Positions 17,578-27,518 of a stretch of 64,000 bases of DNA are shown here, in pieces. The position numbers were made by a program, and so were the translations under genes. Below the pieces are notes generated by a model. The model made no database searches, was not told the DNA's origin, and saw only the letters and a program-made list of their open reading frames with translations. The stretch is from NCBI GenBank assembly GCA_964413365.1, contig CAYPRM010000005.1, positions 1,234 through 65,233 of the forward strand, read 5' to 3'. Source of the stretch: an uncultured Lachnospiraceae bacterium (GTDB taxonomy: Bacteria > Bacillota > Clostridia > Oscillospirales > CAG-272). Within the stretch, counting starts at the first letter, position 1. Each line of letters opens with the position of its first letter.

Positions 17578-18447
17578 TTATTTGCTATTTGCCTTTCGTT
17601 CGCGTATTAGTCTCATTATCTCCTCAAATGCCGCATCCTCGGTGTATATTCCTCTGTCGACGCTTATTCCGCGTGCGCATAGCTCGCACATGAGGGTGGT
17701 TATCTGAGGTACGGCAAGTCCTATCTCATCAAGCAGCTCCGCCCTCGAGAACACCTCGTCGCGAGTGCCGCTGAGGACTACCTCACCGTGGGAGAGGACT
17801 ATTATATCGTCGCAGAGGCGTGCCATATCCTCCATGCTGTGGCTGACGATGATGACGGTCGCGCCCGTGCTCTCGCGGTATCTGAAAATGCCGTCAAGTA
17901 TCATATCCCTACCGCGCGGATCAAGTCCTGCGGCAGGCTCGTCGAGCACGAGCACCTCGGGGCGCATGGCGATGACTCCTGCGATCGCAGCTCTGCGCTT
18001 CTGACCGCCCGAGAGGTCAAAGGGGTTTTCCGCAAGCACGCTCTCGTCAAGTCCGACAAAGGCAAGCGCTTCCCTTACCCTTTTCGATATCTCCTCCTCG
18101 CCAAGTCCCATATTTCTCGGACCGAAGGCGACGTCCTTCTCGACCGTTTCCTCAAAGAGCTGGTACTCGGGGTACTGCATAACGAGTCCCACGCGAAATC
18201 TGACCTTACCTATCTCCTTAGGTCTCTCCCATATATCCTCCCCGTCGAGGTAGATCTTACCCGAGGTGGGGGTTGCGAGTCCGTTAAGGAGCTTAAGCAT
18301 AGTGCTCTTTCCCGAACCCGTATGTCCGATGATGCCCGTTATCGAGCCGGAGGCTATTTCTATATTTATATTTCTTAATGCTTCCTTACAGTAAGCCGTT
18401 CCCTTATCGTAGAGGAACGACACATTTTCAAGTCTTATATCCGCCAT
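17578..18447 (-). CDS. ecfA2: ECF transporter ATPase EcfA2
   Basis: GHTGSGKST, LSGGQKRRAAIAG, VLVLDEP. Confidence 0.9.
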   Translation of the reverse strand: MADIRLENVSFLYDKGTAYCKEALRNINIEIASGSITGIIGHTGSGKSTMLKLLNGLATPTSGKIYLDGEDIWERPKEIGKVRFRVGLVMQYPEYQLFEETVEKDVAFGPRNMGLGEEEISKRVREALAFVGLDESVLAENPFDLSGGQKRRAAIAGVIAMRPEVLVLDEPAAGLDPRGRDMILDGIFRYRESTGATVIIVSHSMEDMARLCDDIIVLSHGEVVLSGTRDEVFSRAELLDEIGLAVPQITTLMCELCARGISVDRGIYTEDAAFEEIMRLIRERKANSK

Positions 18448-19376
18448 TATATCTCATTAAGTGCTCTTGCCAGCGCATCGGCGCACGATGTGGGTGTATA
18501 GCACTCTCCGTCTATCATTATTCCTTCCTCTCTGAGTCTGTTGACAAGCCCCACGCATTGCGGAACGTCGAGTCCGCACGCGGTGAGTCTGTCCGACTCC
18601 GAGAATATTTCGGCAGGTGTACCGTCCATAAGTATCTCCCCGTCGTTGAGCACGACTATTCTTTTCGCGCGCGCCGCCTCGTCCATATAATGCGTTATCA
18701 TTATTACGGTAATGCCGTGCTCGCGGTTAAGTCGCTCGATGGTATTCATAATATCCCGTCTGCCGATGGGATCGAGCATTGCGGTCGACTCGTCAAAGAT
18801 CATACAGTCGGGCTTCATCGCAAGTATTCCTGCGATGGCGATCCTCTGCTTCTGACCGCCCGAGAGCCTTGCAGGCTCATCCCTTGAGTAGCCGCTCATG
18901 CCGACGATCTCGAGTGCCTCGTTGACTCTCCTCCGTATCTCCGAGGACTCTATTCCGAGGTTCTCCGGACCGAACGCGACGTCGTCCTCGACTATCGTTG
19001 CGACGAGCTGATTATCGGGGTTTTGAAAGACCATTCCCACCCTTTTACGAAGCTCGAAAACGCCGTCCTCCGACATATCGGGATCGGTTATATCCTTGCC
19101 GTCGATATATATTTTACCCGAATCTGGCTCAAGTATCATATTCAAGAGCTTGGCGAGCGTCGATTTTCCCGATCCGTTATGACCGAGCACCGCAAGAAGC
19201 TCGCCGCGCTTTATTTCAAGATCTATATTCTTCAGGACGGGGGATCTTGTGCCATTATCCTCCTCGTAGGAGGCGCAGAGATGCTCTATCCTGATGTATG
19301 AATCCGAATTCACAGTATTACTACCTTCCGTTTGATTTTTCTTTTTTATTTTGCTTTTTGCTATCTCGCCTGCCAT
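18447..19376 (-). CDS. ecfA1: ECF transporter ATPase EcfA1
   Basis: GHNGSGKST, LSGGQKQRIAIAG, MIFDEST. It overlaps the upstream methyltransferase stop by 16 nt. Confidence 0.9.
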   Translation of the reverse strand: MAGEIAKSKIKKKNQTEGSNTVNSDSYIRIEHLCASYEEDNGTRSPVLKNIDLEIKRGELLAVLGHNGSGKSTLAKLLNMILEPDSGKIYIDGKDITDPDMSEDGVFELRKRVGMVFQNPDNQLVATIVEDDVAFGPENLGIESSEIRRRVNEALEIVGMSGYSRDEPARLSGGQKQRIAIAGILAMKPDCMIFDESTAMLDPIGRRDIMNTIERLNREHGITVIMITHYMDEAARAKRIVVLNDGEILMDGTPAEIFSESDRLTACGLDVPQCVGLVNRLREEGIMIDGECYTPTSCADALARALNEI

Positions 19377-20224
19377 CTTGCGCTCGCGCCGCAGGGCATA
19401 TATCCGCCCGTATGCTTTACGGGAAGTGCAAGCTCGCCTGCCTCACAGCTACCGCCGCGCTGTGCGGTTATATGGAGGTCGAGGATATATTTCATAGTAA
19501 GAGGTGAGAGCCCCGTGGTATAGGAATTTATGAGGAAGAACAGTGGCTCATCCGAGAGGAGCTGTGAGGTCAGAGCGACGAGTCCGTCAACGCTCTCCTC
19601 TATCTTCCAGACCTCGCCCGAGGGGCCTCTGCCGTAGGACGGGGGATCCATGATTATGGCGTCGTATTTATTTCCCCTTCTTATCTCCCTCTCGACAAAT
19701 TTCTTGCAATCGTCGACGATATAGCGTATGGGTGCGGACTCAAGCCCCGAGAGTCTTGCGTTCTCCTTTGCCTGTGCGACCATTCCCTTAGCAGCATCGA
19801 CATGGCACACGGATGCTCCTGCACTCGCCGCGGCGACAGTTGCACCGCCCGTATATGCAAAGAGGTTGAGCACCCTTATAGGTCTGCCTGCATCTCTTAT
19901 CAGCGAGCTGAACCAATCCCAATTCGCCGCCTGCTCGGGGAAAAGTCCCGTATGCTTGAATCCCATCGGACGCAGGACGAAGGTGAGCGTGCCGTAGCTT
20001 ATCGTCCACTCCTCGGGGAGCTGCTTTTTTACCCAGCCACCGCCGCCCGAGGACGATCTGCGGTAAATGCCGTCGGCTCTTTTCCACTCGGGGGCTTTGC
20101 TATCCGCGCTCCAGATTATCTGAGGATCGGGGCGGATGAGGATATGCTTTCCCCATCTCTCGAGTCTTTCTCCGTCATTTGCGTCGATCAGGGTATAGTC
20201 CCTCCAATTATCTGCACACCACAT
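19361..20224 (-). CDS. class I SAM-dependent methyltransferase (RlmI/RlmK-like catalytic domain, no PUA)
   Basis: VLNLFAYTGGATVAAA...IIMDPPSYGRG motifs. Confidence 0.75.
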   Translation of the reverse strand: MWCADNWRDYTLIDANDGERLERWGKHILIRPDPQIIWSADSKAPEWKRADGIYRRSSSGGGGWVKKQLPEEWTISYGTLTFVLRPMGFKHTGLFPEQAANWDWFSSLIRDAGRPIRVLNLFAYTGGATVAAASAGASVCHVDAAKGMVAQAKENARLSGLESAPIRYIVDDCKKFVEREIRRGNKYDAIIMDPPSYGRGPSGEVWKIEESVDGLVALTSQLLSDEPLFFLINSYTTGLSPLTMKYILDLHITAQRGGSCEAGELALPVKHTGGYMPCGASARWQAR

Positions 20225-20225
20225 A

Positions 20226-20747
20226 TTAATAGACCTTTCCGTAAGTTTGCTTTTTGTTATAGTATTTCGATATACGAGAGCTGCCTGCGTGGGCGTGGCA
20301 GATCGCTATTGCGAGGGCATCCGCCGCATCGTCGGGGCGTATCTTCTCCTTGATATTGAGGAACGCCTGCACCATGGTGATGACCTGATTCTTCTCCGCT
20401 CTGCCGTAGCCGACGATACTCTGCTTTACCTGTAGGGGGGTATATTCAAATATCTCGACGCCGAGCAGCTCGGCACAGAGCAATATCACGCCCCTCGCCT
20501 CCGCAACGGCTATACCCGTCTTTTGGTTGGTATTCCAAAACAGCTCCTCGACTGCCATAGCATCGGGGTGGTATTTTTCTATTATCGCCTTAAGCTCGCG
20601 GTATATGGTGGCGAGCCTTTTCTCCGTGTCCGTATGCGCAGGAGTGGTGATAACGCCGTACTCGAGCGTTCTGAATTTTGATGCGTTATAGTCAATGACG
20701 CCAAAGCCCACTATCGCCACGCCCGGATCTATGCCAAGAATTATCAT
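20226..20747 (-). CDS. ruvC: crossover junction endodeoxyribonuclease RuvC
   Basis: MIILGIDPGVAIVGFGVI...AVEELF...DAADALAIAICH; ATG 20747 within ORF 20226..20777. Confidence 0.9.
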   Translation of the reverse strand: MIILGIDPGVAIVGFGVIDYNASKFRTLEYGVITTPAHTDTEKRLATIYRELKAIIEKYHPDAMAVEELFWNTNQKTGIAVAEARGVILLCAELLGVEIFEYTPLQVKQSIVGYGRAEKNQVITMVQAFLNIKEKIRPDDAADALAIAICHAHAGSSRISKYYNKKQTYGKVY

Positions 20748-20936
20748 TTCTACCTCCAGATACACATACTTAATCAATTTATCATTATATCACAGCTATA
20801 TGAAAAAGTCAAACATTTTTAATGAATGGAGCATCAATTTTCGGTTATATTTTTGAAAATTTACGCCCTGCGGTGTCCGAGGTGGCAGAAATGCTTCAAA
20901 AAATCGGAAAATATGCGAAAATCTGTGTTTTTACCA

Positions 20937-20965
20937 TTTACTTAACGGATTTTTTGTGATATAAT
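20937..20965 (+). promoter_or_regulatory. sigma-A promoter of the DUF951-yfhO-ruvAB operon
   Basis: TTTACT, 17 nt, TGaTATAAT. Confidence 0.5.
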
Positions 20966-21016
20966 ATATTTGTATACGGTCTTTCGGAGGTATACCGAGG
21001 AGGTGGCACGCAAAAT

Positions 21017-21223
21017 ATGAAGATAATCAAGCTATTTGTCGGAGACGTGGTGGAATTGAAGAAAAAGCACCCGTGCGGCTCGGACAGGTTCAAGATACTG
21101 CGCGCAGGAAGCGATGTTCGCGCGATCTGTCTCGGATGCTCGCGTGACGTTACAGTCGACAGGGTGAAATTCGAGCACTCGATCAAGAGGATCGTGTCCT
21201 CCGCCGATACAGAAGCTATATAA
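21017..21223 (+). CDS. DUF951-family small protein
   Basis: VGDVVELKKKHPCGSDRFKILRAGSDVRAICLGCSRDVTV matches the DUF951 pattern as I remember it. Confidence 0.75.
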   Translation: MKIIKLFVGDVVELKKKHPCGSDRFKILRAGSDVRAICLGCSRDVTVDRVKFEHSIKRIVSSADTEAI

Positions 21224-21261
21224 AACAAGTCTAACAAATCAAACGGAGATCAAAATATAAA

Positions 21262-24153
21262 ATGAAATTCAAAAATCCATTCAAGACTCTACGGGACAAC
21301 CAAGGACTTATGACGGTGAAGGCGGAATACGGGTATCTTACGAGCTCGTTCTTTATTCCTGCCATAATAATGCTGGCTATATACCTCGCGATAGGTCATA
21401 AGCCGCTTGGAGATCAGTCCGTGCTGACGCTCGATCTCAACGCTCAGTATGTTTATTTCTACGAGGCTCTGCGTGAATTCGTATGGGGGGACGCCTCCCT
21501 GCTCTACTCCTTCTCGCGCTCGCTCGGCGGAGAGTTTATGGGAATATATGCGTACTACGTAGCAAGTCCGCTCTCGTATATCGTTTGTCTTTTCCCGAAG
21601 TCGATGATGCTCTTTGCACTCCTTACGATAATCGTCGTAAAGATAGGTCTTTGCGGTCTTTCCTTCGGCTTCTATCTTCACAAGCAGACGGACACGCCCG
21701 ACAAGGGGGCGATAGTGCTCTTCTCAACGATGTACGCGCTGAGCTCCTACGCTATAACCTACCAGAACAATATAATGTGGCTCGACGGGCTTTTCCTTCT
21801 GCCGATACTGACCTACTCGATAGAGCAGCTGATCAAGCGCGGAAAATACAAGCTCTATGTTGCGGTGCTTGCGCTGATGATGATGAGCCACTACTACATT
21901 GGGTATATGATGTGCTGGTACACGCTGTTCTGCTTCTTCTTCACCTATTTCAAGGACAGCGACAGAACGCTTGTGAATCCCACAGGCAGAAAATTTAATT
22001 TTATAAAGACTCTTTCAAAAATGTGCGGTGCGACCGTGCTCGGGATCGGAATATCGGCATTTATGATCTGCACGGCGTACTACTCCCTGCAGTTCGGCAA
22101 GAGCGATTTCTCCGAGCCGTCGTGGGATCTCGTGTCAAGGTTCGATCTCTTTGATCTGTTTCCGAAGATGCTCCCGGGTGCTTACGACTCCGTGATGCAC
22201 GAGGGACTTCCACTGCTGTACAGCGGCGTGCTGACGCTCCTTATGATACCGATATTTATAATGGCAAGGCGCGTGGCGGCGAGGGAGAAGATATTTTACA
22301 TTTCATTTTCGCTTTTCTACGTCCTTCTGATGGTGGTAAATCCCCTCGACCTTGTGATGCACGGCTTCCAAGAGCCAAACTGCCTGAATTACAGGTACAG
22401 CTTCATTCTGATATTCCTGATGGTCGTGATGGCGTATCGGGGCTTTTACGAGATACTCGAGCACTCGCCGAAAAAGGTATTTGCCACGGGTGCTGCGCTC
22501 GTGATCCTTGTGCTTATTGCACAGAAGATGGAATTCTCCAACTTTATGTTAGAGGATGTCGAGGGCTTTGAATTCGGATTCGTCAAGGGCAGGCTTCACT
22601 TCCTGCTCGTGGTATTCGTGTCGATAATAGCGATACTTGCCGTCGGTGCGGCGGTATGCTACTTCATAAAATCGGACAACAAGCAGCGCACGTCGATCGT
22701 GCTTCTTTGCGTGGTGTGCATCGAGCTGTTCGCAAATGGTGTGATACTCACCGCTTCCCTCGCACTCGAGGTCGGGCACGCATCGTATTCCTCCTACGTT
22801 GACTATTTTGAGGCTCTGACGCCGATAGTCAAGGAGGTGCAGGAAAAGGATCCCACCTTCTTCCGCTCGGAAAAGACCACTCACCGCTGTACGAATGACA
22901 ATATGGCTCTGAATATCAAGGGACTTTCAAACTCCACCTCGACGCTCAACCAGAAGGTCATAGATCTCCTTGAATACCTCGGCTTCTATGCGGATGCGCA
23001 TTGGACGCAGTATATAGGCTCGACGCTGATCACGGACTCGCTGTTCGGCATCAAGTACATCTACTCCAACACCGCAAACGAGTACGACAAGGAATCCCTC
23101 GCGAAGAATGAATTTATGGACAGATATTTCGAGAAATTCGCCGAGGATGAAAATTATTACGCATACAAAAACCCGTATTCGCTCGGCATCGGCTTCGGTG
23201 TTGACGGAGCGATAAGGGAGCTTGAGACCGATCTTTCCTACGACTATTCCACCACGGAGGGGTACAAAAATCCCTTTGAGGTGCAGAATCTTCTCCTTAA
23301 TACCCTACTCGGAAACACTGGCTCTGACGAGGTGGAATTTTTCTCTCCCATCGAGCTTACCAAGGGCATTGAGATAATCGGCATCAGCTCGAGCATCGGA
23401 CTTGAATATTCGGCAAGCTCGGCAAGCAATCCCGACAAGACCGTTGATTTCAAGTTCACCGTAAAGAAGAGCGGACCTCTCTACTTCTTCCTGCCGACGG
23501 GCTATGAGCGCAGCTTCACCGTTGATGTAAACGGTGAGCATTATGTATCCGTTCCCAACTACTCAAGGACGGTATTCCTCGGATACAGGGAGGCGGGCGA
23601 GGACATTTGCGTGAGTGCGCACGTGGACGAGTCCAATCTCTACATCTTCAAGAGCACGAACTATTTCTACACTCTTGATATGGAAGCGTTCGAGGCGGCG
23701 TATGAGAAGCTCTCGCAGACAACTATTAGCACGGACTCCGAGGGCTGGAGCGACGATCATTTCTTCGGCACGGTTACAACTACCGCCGGGGATCAGATGA
23801 TAATGACGACCATTCCCTACGATGCAGGCTGGAGGATATACGTTGACGGCGAGAGAGTCGATACCTATGCGGTATACGGTGATTCCCTGCTCGCCTTCGA
23901 TATTGCAACGGCAGGAGAGCACGAGATCGAATTCAGATATATGCCCGAGATATACGTTATCGGTGCTATCATATCCGCGATCTCGGTGATAATATTTATT
24001 ATTCTTATAGTTATTGGCAGAATAAAGGCAAAAAGAACTGCCGCACCCATCGCAGTGCAGAGTGCTGACGCTGATACCTCCGATATCACGGATAACGCAG
24101 AGGACGGCGACAGCGACGGCAATGACGGCGGTACGGCGGAGATCAAGGAGTAA
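21262..24153 (+). CDS. yfhO: YfhO-family polytopic membrane protein (glycosyltransferase-like)
   Basis: N-terminal ...LDLNAQYVYFYEALREFVWGDASLLYSFSRSLGGEFMGIYAYYVASPLSY..., many TM helices, a large extracytoplasmic C-terminal domain, a final TM helix and an acidic tail. Confidence 0.75.
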   Translation: MKFKNPFKTLRDNQGLMTVKAEYGYLTSSFFIPAIIMLAIYLAIGHKPLGDQSVLTLDLNAQYVYFYEALREFVWGDASLLYSFSRSLGGEFMGIYAYYVASPLSYIVCLFPKSMMLFALLTIIVVKIGLCGLSFGFYLHKQTDTPDKGAIVLFSTMYALSSYAITYQNNIMWLDGLFLLPILTYSIEQLIKRGKYKLYVAVLALMMMSHYYIGYMMCWYTLFCFFFTYFKDSDRTLVNPTGRKFNFIKTLSKMCGATVLGIGISAFMICTAYYSLQFGKSDFSEPSWDLVSRFDLFDLFPKMLPGAYDSVMHEGLPLLYSGVLTLLMIPIFIMARRVAAREKIFYISFSLFYVLLMVVNPLDLVMHGFQEPNCLNYRYSFILIFLMVVMAYRGFYEILEHSPKKVFATGAALVILVLIAQKMEFSNFMLEDVEGFEFGFVKGRLHFLLVVFVSIIAILAVGAAVCYFIKSDNKQRTSIVLLCVVCIELFANGVILTASLALEVGHASYSSYVDYFEALTPIVKEVQEKDPTFFRSEKTTHRCTNDNMALNIKGLSNSTSTLNQKVIDLLEYLGFYADAHWTQYIGSTLITDSLFGIKYIYSNTANEYDKESLAKNEFMDRYFEKFAEDENYYAYKNPYSLGIGFGVDGAIRELETDLSYDYSTTEGYKNPFEVQNLLLNTLLGNTGSDEVEFFSPIELTKGIEIIGISSSIGLEYSASSASNPDKTVDFKFTVKKSGPLYFFLPTGYERSFTVDVNGEHYVSVPNYSRTVFLGYREAGEDICVSAHVDESNLYIFKSTNYFYTLDMEAFEAAYEKLSQTTISTDSEGWSDDHFFGTVTTTAGDQMIMTTIPYDAGWRIYVDGERVDTYAVYGDSLLAFDIATAGEHEIEFRYMPEIYVIGAIISAISVIIFIILIVIGRIKAKRTAAPIAVQSADADTSDITDNAEDGDSDGNDGGTAEIKE

Positions 24154-24155
24154 AA

Positions 24156-24782
24156 ATGTTTTATTATATCGAGGGCAAGCTTGCCCATCTCGAACAGAGC
24201 CTTGCGGTGCTCGACGTCGGCGGCGTTGGGTACAAGCTCACCATAACGCAGACGACATACGAGGCGATGCCTCCCCACCTCAGCGTGAGCGAGCCGCCGA
24301 CGGTCAGGCTCTACACCTATATGGCGGTGCGTGAGGACGACGTTGAGCTTTTCGGCTTCCGCTCGGAGGAGGAGCTCGATACCTTCAAGCTTCTTATAAC
24401 CGTTTCGGGTGTAGGTCCTAAGGCGGCAATAGCGATACTCTCCGTTTTCACCCCCGACAGGCTCGCTGTGGCGATATCCGCGGAGGATACGAAGGCGATA
24501 TCAAGGGCTAACGGAATAGGCTCTAAGACGGCGGCAAGGATCGTGCTCGAGCTCAAGGACAAGATAGCGAGAGTCGCCTCCGTTGCAGAAAATACGTCCG
24601 CGGATATTGGTATATCGGGTGCGGCGTCCATCGGCTCGTCAAGCCTTGAGGATGCGCAGAGTGCTCTGCTCGTGCTCGGATACACGCGCGCAGAGATCGC
24701 AAATGCGATGAGAAAGATAGACACTGCCGGCAAGGAGACGGATGCGATAATCCGCCTTGCGCTCAAGCAATTAAGCAGATAG
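24156..24782 (+). CDS. ruvA: Holliday junction DNA helicase subunit RuvA
   Basis: MFYYIEGKLAHLEQSLAVLDVGGVGYKL...VSGVGPKAAIAILS; AAGGAG RBS lies inside the yfhO 3' end. Confidence 0.9.
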   Translation: MFYYIEGKLAHLEQSLAVLDVGGVGYKLTITQTTYEAMPPHLSVSEPPTVRLYTYMAVREDDVELFGFRSEEELDTFKLLITVSGVGPKAAIAILSVFTPDRLAVAISAEDTKAISRANGIGSKTAARIVLELKDKIARVASVAENTSADIGISGAASIGSSSLEDAQSALLVLGYTRAEIANAMRKIDTAGKETDAIIRLALKQLSR

Positions 24783-24797
24783 GACAGGAGGTAAGTC

Positions 24798-25877
24798 ATG
24801 GCTCACAGCGACGAATTTGATTTTGATTTTGAAAACAGCTACGAGGAGCGCACGGTGTCTCCCTCTATGACGGGCGAGGACGCCAACGAGAACGCTCTCC
24901 GTCCTCAGCACATGGAGGACTACATCGGTCAGGAAAAGGCTAAAGAAAATCTGAAGATATACATTGAGGCGGCGAAGATGAGGAGTGATTCACTCGACCA
25001 CGTTCTTCTCTACGGCCCTCCAGGTCTCGGTAAGACCACCCTCTCACACATCATAGCGAACGAGCTTGGTGTAAACATCAAGATCACCTCGGGACCTGCG
25101 ATCGAGAAGCAGGGCGACCTTGTGGCGATACTGACGGGACTTGAGTCGGGGGATGTGCTCTTTATCGACGAGATACACCGTCTTTCACGCTCAATAGAGG
25201 AGGTGCTCTACCCTGCGATGGAGGACTATTCGGTCGACATCATCATAGGCAAGGGACCTGCCGCAAGGAGCATAAGAATAGATCTGCCGAAATTCACCCT
25301 CATAGGTGCTACCACGAGGGCAGGTCAGCTGACCACTCCCCTGCGCGACCGCTTCGGAGTGCTGTTGAAGTTAGAGCTGTACACGCCCGAGGAGCTTTCG
25401 ACGATCATTAAGAGAAGTGCAAAGATACTTGACATAAGCATCAGCGAGGATGGTGCATACGAGATCGCCTCCCGTTCGCGCGGAACGCCCCGTATCGCAA
25501 ACCGACTGCTCAAGCGCGTGCGTGATTTCGCACAGGTCATGGGCGACGGCACGATAACCTCGGAGATCGCAAATTTCGCGCTCTCGAAACTCGAGATCGA
25601 CGAGCTCGGGCTTGACAACACGGACAGACGTCTGCTCCAGACGATAATAAAATTTTATGGCGGAGGCCCTGTCGGTCTTGACACGCTCGCCGCGACCATT
25701 GGCGAGGAGGCGGTAACGATCGAGGACGTATGCGAGCCGTATCTTATGCAGATAGGCTTTCTCTCGCGCACGCCGAAGGGACGCTGTGTTACGCATCTTG
25801 CCTATGAGCATCTTGGGCTTACCTACCCCACCTCTCCCACAAATAAAACAGATCCCACTCAAACCACCATACTTTAA
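24798..25877 (+). CDS. ruvB: Holliday junction DNA helicase RuvB
   Basis: [19 protein letters not shown]...[13 protein letters not shown]...FIDEIHRL. Confidence 0.95.
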   Translation: MAHSDEFDFDFENSYEERTVSPSMTGEDANENALRPQHMEDYIGQEKAKENLKIYIEAAKMRSDSLDHVLLYGPPGLGKTTLSHIIANELGVNIKITSGPAIEKQGDLVAILTGLESGDVLFIDEIHRLSRSIEEVLYPAMEDYSVDIIIGKGPAARSIRIDLPKFTLIGATTRAGQLTTPLRDRFGVLLKLELYTPEELSTIIKRSAKILDISISEDGAYEIASRSRGTPRIANRLLKRVRDFAQVMGDGTITSEIANFALSKLEIDELGLDNTDRRLLQTIIKFYGGGPVGLDTLAATIGEEAVTIEDVCEPYLMQIGFLSRTPKGRCVTHLAYEHLGLTYPTSPTNKTDPTQTTIL

Positions 25878-25884
25878 TAAAAAT

Positions 25885-25916
25885 CAAAAAACAGAGCCTT
25901 CCGGCTCTGTTTTTTG
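25885..25916. terminator. bidirectional terminator between ruvB and the Coat_F-like gene
   Basis: ACAGAGCC-TTCC-GGCTCTGT flanked by A6 and T5. Confidence 0.75.
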
Positions 25917-25917
25917 A

Positions 25918-26193
25918 TCAGTTATGGGAATATTTTTGCTTAAGGCTGACGATGCTCTGACGCTCCGCATCACTCGGTGCGTACCAGCCCCTTTCCTTCA
26001 TCGCAGTATATATCTGATTCTGCATCTGAAGGGACTGATGGAGGGCTGACGAGAAGGATGAGAACACTCTCTCGTCGCTCGACTCGATAGCTCCGTGCAT
26101 ATAGAGGTCGCACGCTCCCTTTTCAAGCAGGAGAAGCTCCTCCATTAGCGCCTTATCGCTTTTTTTGACATTTTTAGTATTCGTATTCATCAC
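25918..26193 (-). CDS. Coat_F-like spore coat protein
   Basis: DKALMEELLLLEKGACDLYMHGAIESSDERV...MQNQIYTAMKERGWY resembles the CotF-family helical repeat. Confidence 0.6.
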   Translation of the reverse strand: MMNTNTKNVKKSDKALMEELLLLEKGACDLYMHGAIESSDERVFSSFSSALHQSLQMQNQIYTAMKERGWYAPSDAERQSIVSLKQKYSHN

Positions 26194-26202
26194 AGCATCA
26201 CC

Positions 26203-26376
26203 TCACAGAAGATGATAAAAGCCATTGAAGATCTCACCGTGCCTCTGCGACAGCTCGGTAACAAAGCTTCTCAGCTCCATATCCTCAAGCCTTCCCGCAC
26301 ATTCCCTGCACTGTGCGCCGTAATATTTTTCGTGTCCGAGGGCATCCTCGATATAGAGCAGCTCCTTATTCGTCAT
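26203..26376 (-). CDS. 57-aa Coat_F-like small protein (below the 60-aa cutoff of the ORF track)
   Basis: My own translation gives MTNKELLYIEDALGHEKYYGAQCRECAGRLEDMELRSFVTELSQRHGEIFNGFYHLL. GAAGGAGG lies 6 nt upstream of the ATG. The stop is 9 nt before the next gene. Confidence 0.5.
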   Translation of the reverse strand: MTNKELLYIEDALGHEKYYGAQCRECAGRLEDMELRSFVTELSQRHGEIFNGFYHLL

Positions 26377-26469
26377 ATCATTCCTCCTTCGCCGCGTAGG
26401 CTGAAATTTATTAGGTATTAGAATGATCGACCGAGGCGGTGCTATATATTCACTCGACGAAAATTTTAT

Positions 26470-27303
26470 TCAGCTGTTTCTTTTCATTTCCGAGAGCAGC
26501 TTTACCGCATACGAGAGGCAATCGCACTCACAGTCCTCGATCCTGCCTGCGTCAACGAGGGCGGCAAGGGACGGATCTATCGGAATTCTTGCAAGGAGGG
26601 GGTAGCCGTACTGCTCGGCGATGCTCGCAATGTGGCTCTCGCCAAAGAGCTTTATCTCCCTGCCGCAGTCGGGGCACCTGACGTAGCTCATATTCTCGAC
26701 AAGTCCGAGAATGTCAACGCCCATCATTCTTGCCATATTGACAGCCTTCTCTACTATCATCGACACGAGCTCCTGCGGACTTGTAACTATGATTATACCG
26801 TCAAGGGGGATCGACTGAAAGACGGTGAGCGGAACGTCGCCCGTTCCGGGAGGGCAGTCCACAAAGAGGTAATCGAGATCTCCCCAGACCGTACCGCTCC
26901 AGAACTGCTTTACCGTTCCTGCGATGACGGGGCCGCGCCAGACCACGGGCTGCGCCGAGTCGGGCAGAAGGAGGTTTACGCTCATTATCTTTATTCCGCC
27001 CGCGCTCTCGGGTGGTATCATTCCGTTCTCATTTCCATCAACTCCCGAGCCGATGCCGAACGCCTTCGGTATCGAGGGGCCCGTGATATCCGCATCAAGG
27101 ATGCCGACCTTATAGCCCGCTCTGCTCATAAGCGTTGCGAGCGTCGCGCTGACGGTGGATTTACCCACGCCTCCCTTTCCGCTGACGATACCCACGACGT
27201 GCTTTATCGACGAGGCGGATCCGAGTGGCTCGAGAAGCTCCGCTCTGCTCTTTTGTGAGCAGCTTGCCGAGCAGCTGCCGCAATTATGCGTACATTCTGA
27301 CAT
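26470..27303 (-). CDS. Mrp/NBP35/ApbC-family Fe-S cluster carrier ATPase
   Basis: Deviant Walker A SGKGGVGKSTVS, CPDCG motif, N-terminal CTHNCGSCSASC. Confidence 0.85.
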   Translation of the reverse strand: MSECTHNCGSCSASCSQKSRAELLEPLGSASSIKHVVGIVSGKGGVGKSTVSATLATLMSRAGYKVGILDADITGPSIPKAFGIGSGVDGNENGMIPPESAGGIKIMSVNLLLPDSAQPVVWRGPVIAGTVKQFWSGTVWGDLDYLFVDCPPGTGDVPLTVFQSIPLDGIIIVTSPQELVSMIVEKAVNMARMMGVDILGLVENMSYVRCPDCGREIKLFGESHIASIAEQYGYPLLARIPIDPSLAALVDAGRIEDCECDCLSYAVKLLSEMKRNS

Positions 27304-27345
27304 ATATCTATACTTCCTTTCGTTTATCTATCTTATACAACAAAC

Positions 27346-27374
27346 AGTATACAACCCTTCTACTCTTTTGTCAA
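27346..27374 (-). promoter_or_regulatory. sigma-A promoter of the mrp-like gene
   Basis: Minus strand reads TTGACA, 17 nt, TATACT. Confidence 0.5.
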
Positions 27375-27447
27375 GGGAGGTTTTTTCGGATTTGTTTTTT
27401 ATTATGAGGAAAAATATAATTAATTTATTAATTTTTTTGAAAAGCAC

Positions 27448-27476
27448 TTGAAATATCCGAGAAAAAAAGCTATACT
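27448..27476 (+). promoter_or_regulatory. sigma-A promoter of gpmI
   Basis: TTGAAA, 17 nt, TATACT. Confidence 0.5.
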
Positions 27477-27518
27477 GTAAGGTGTGTTAAAAATTAAATT
27501 TATATACGGAGGTTCTTT

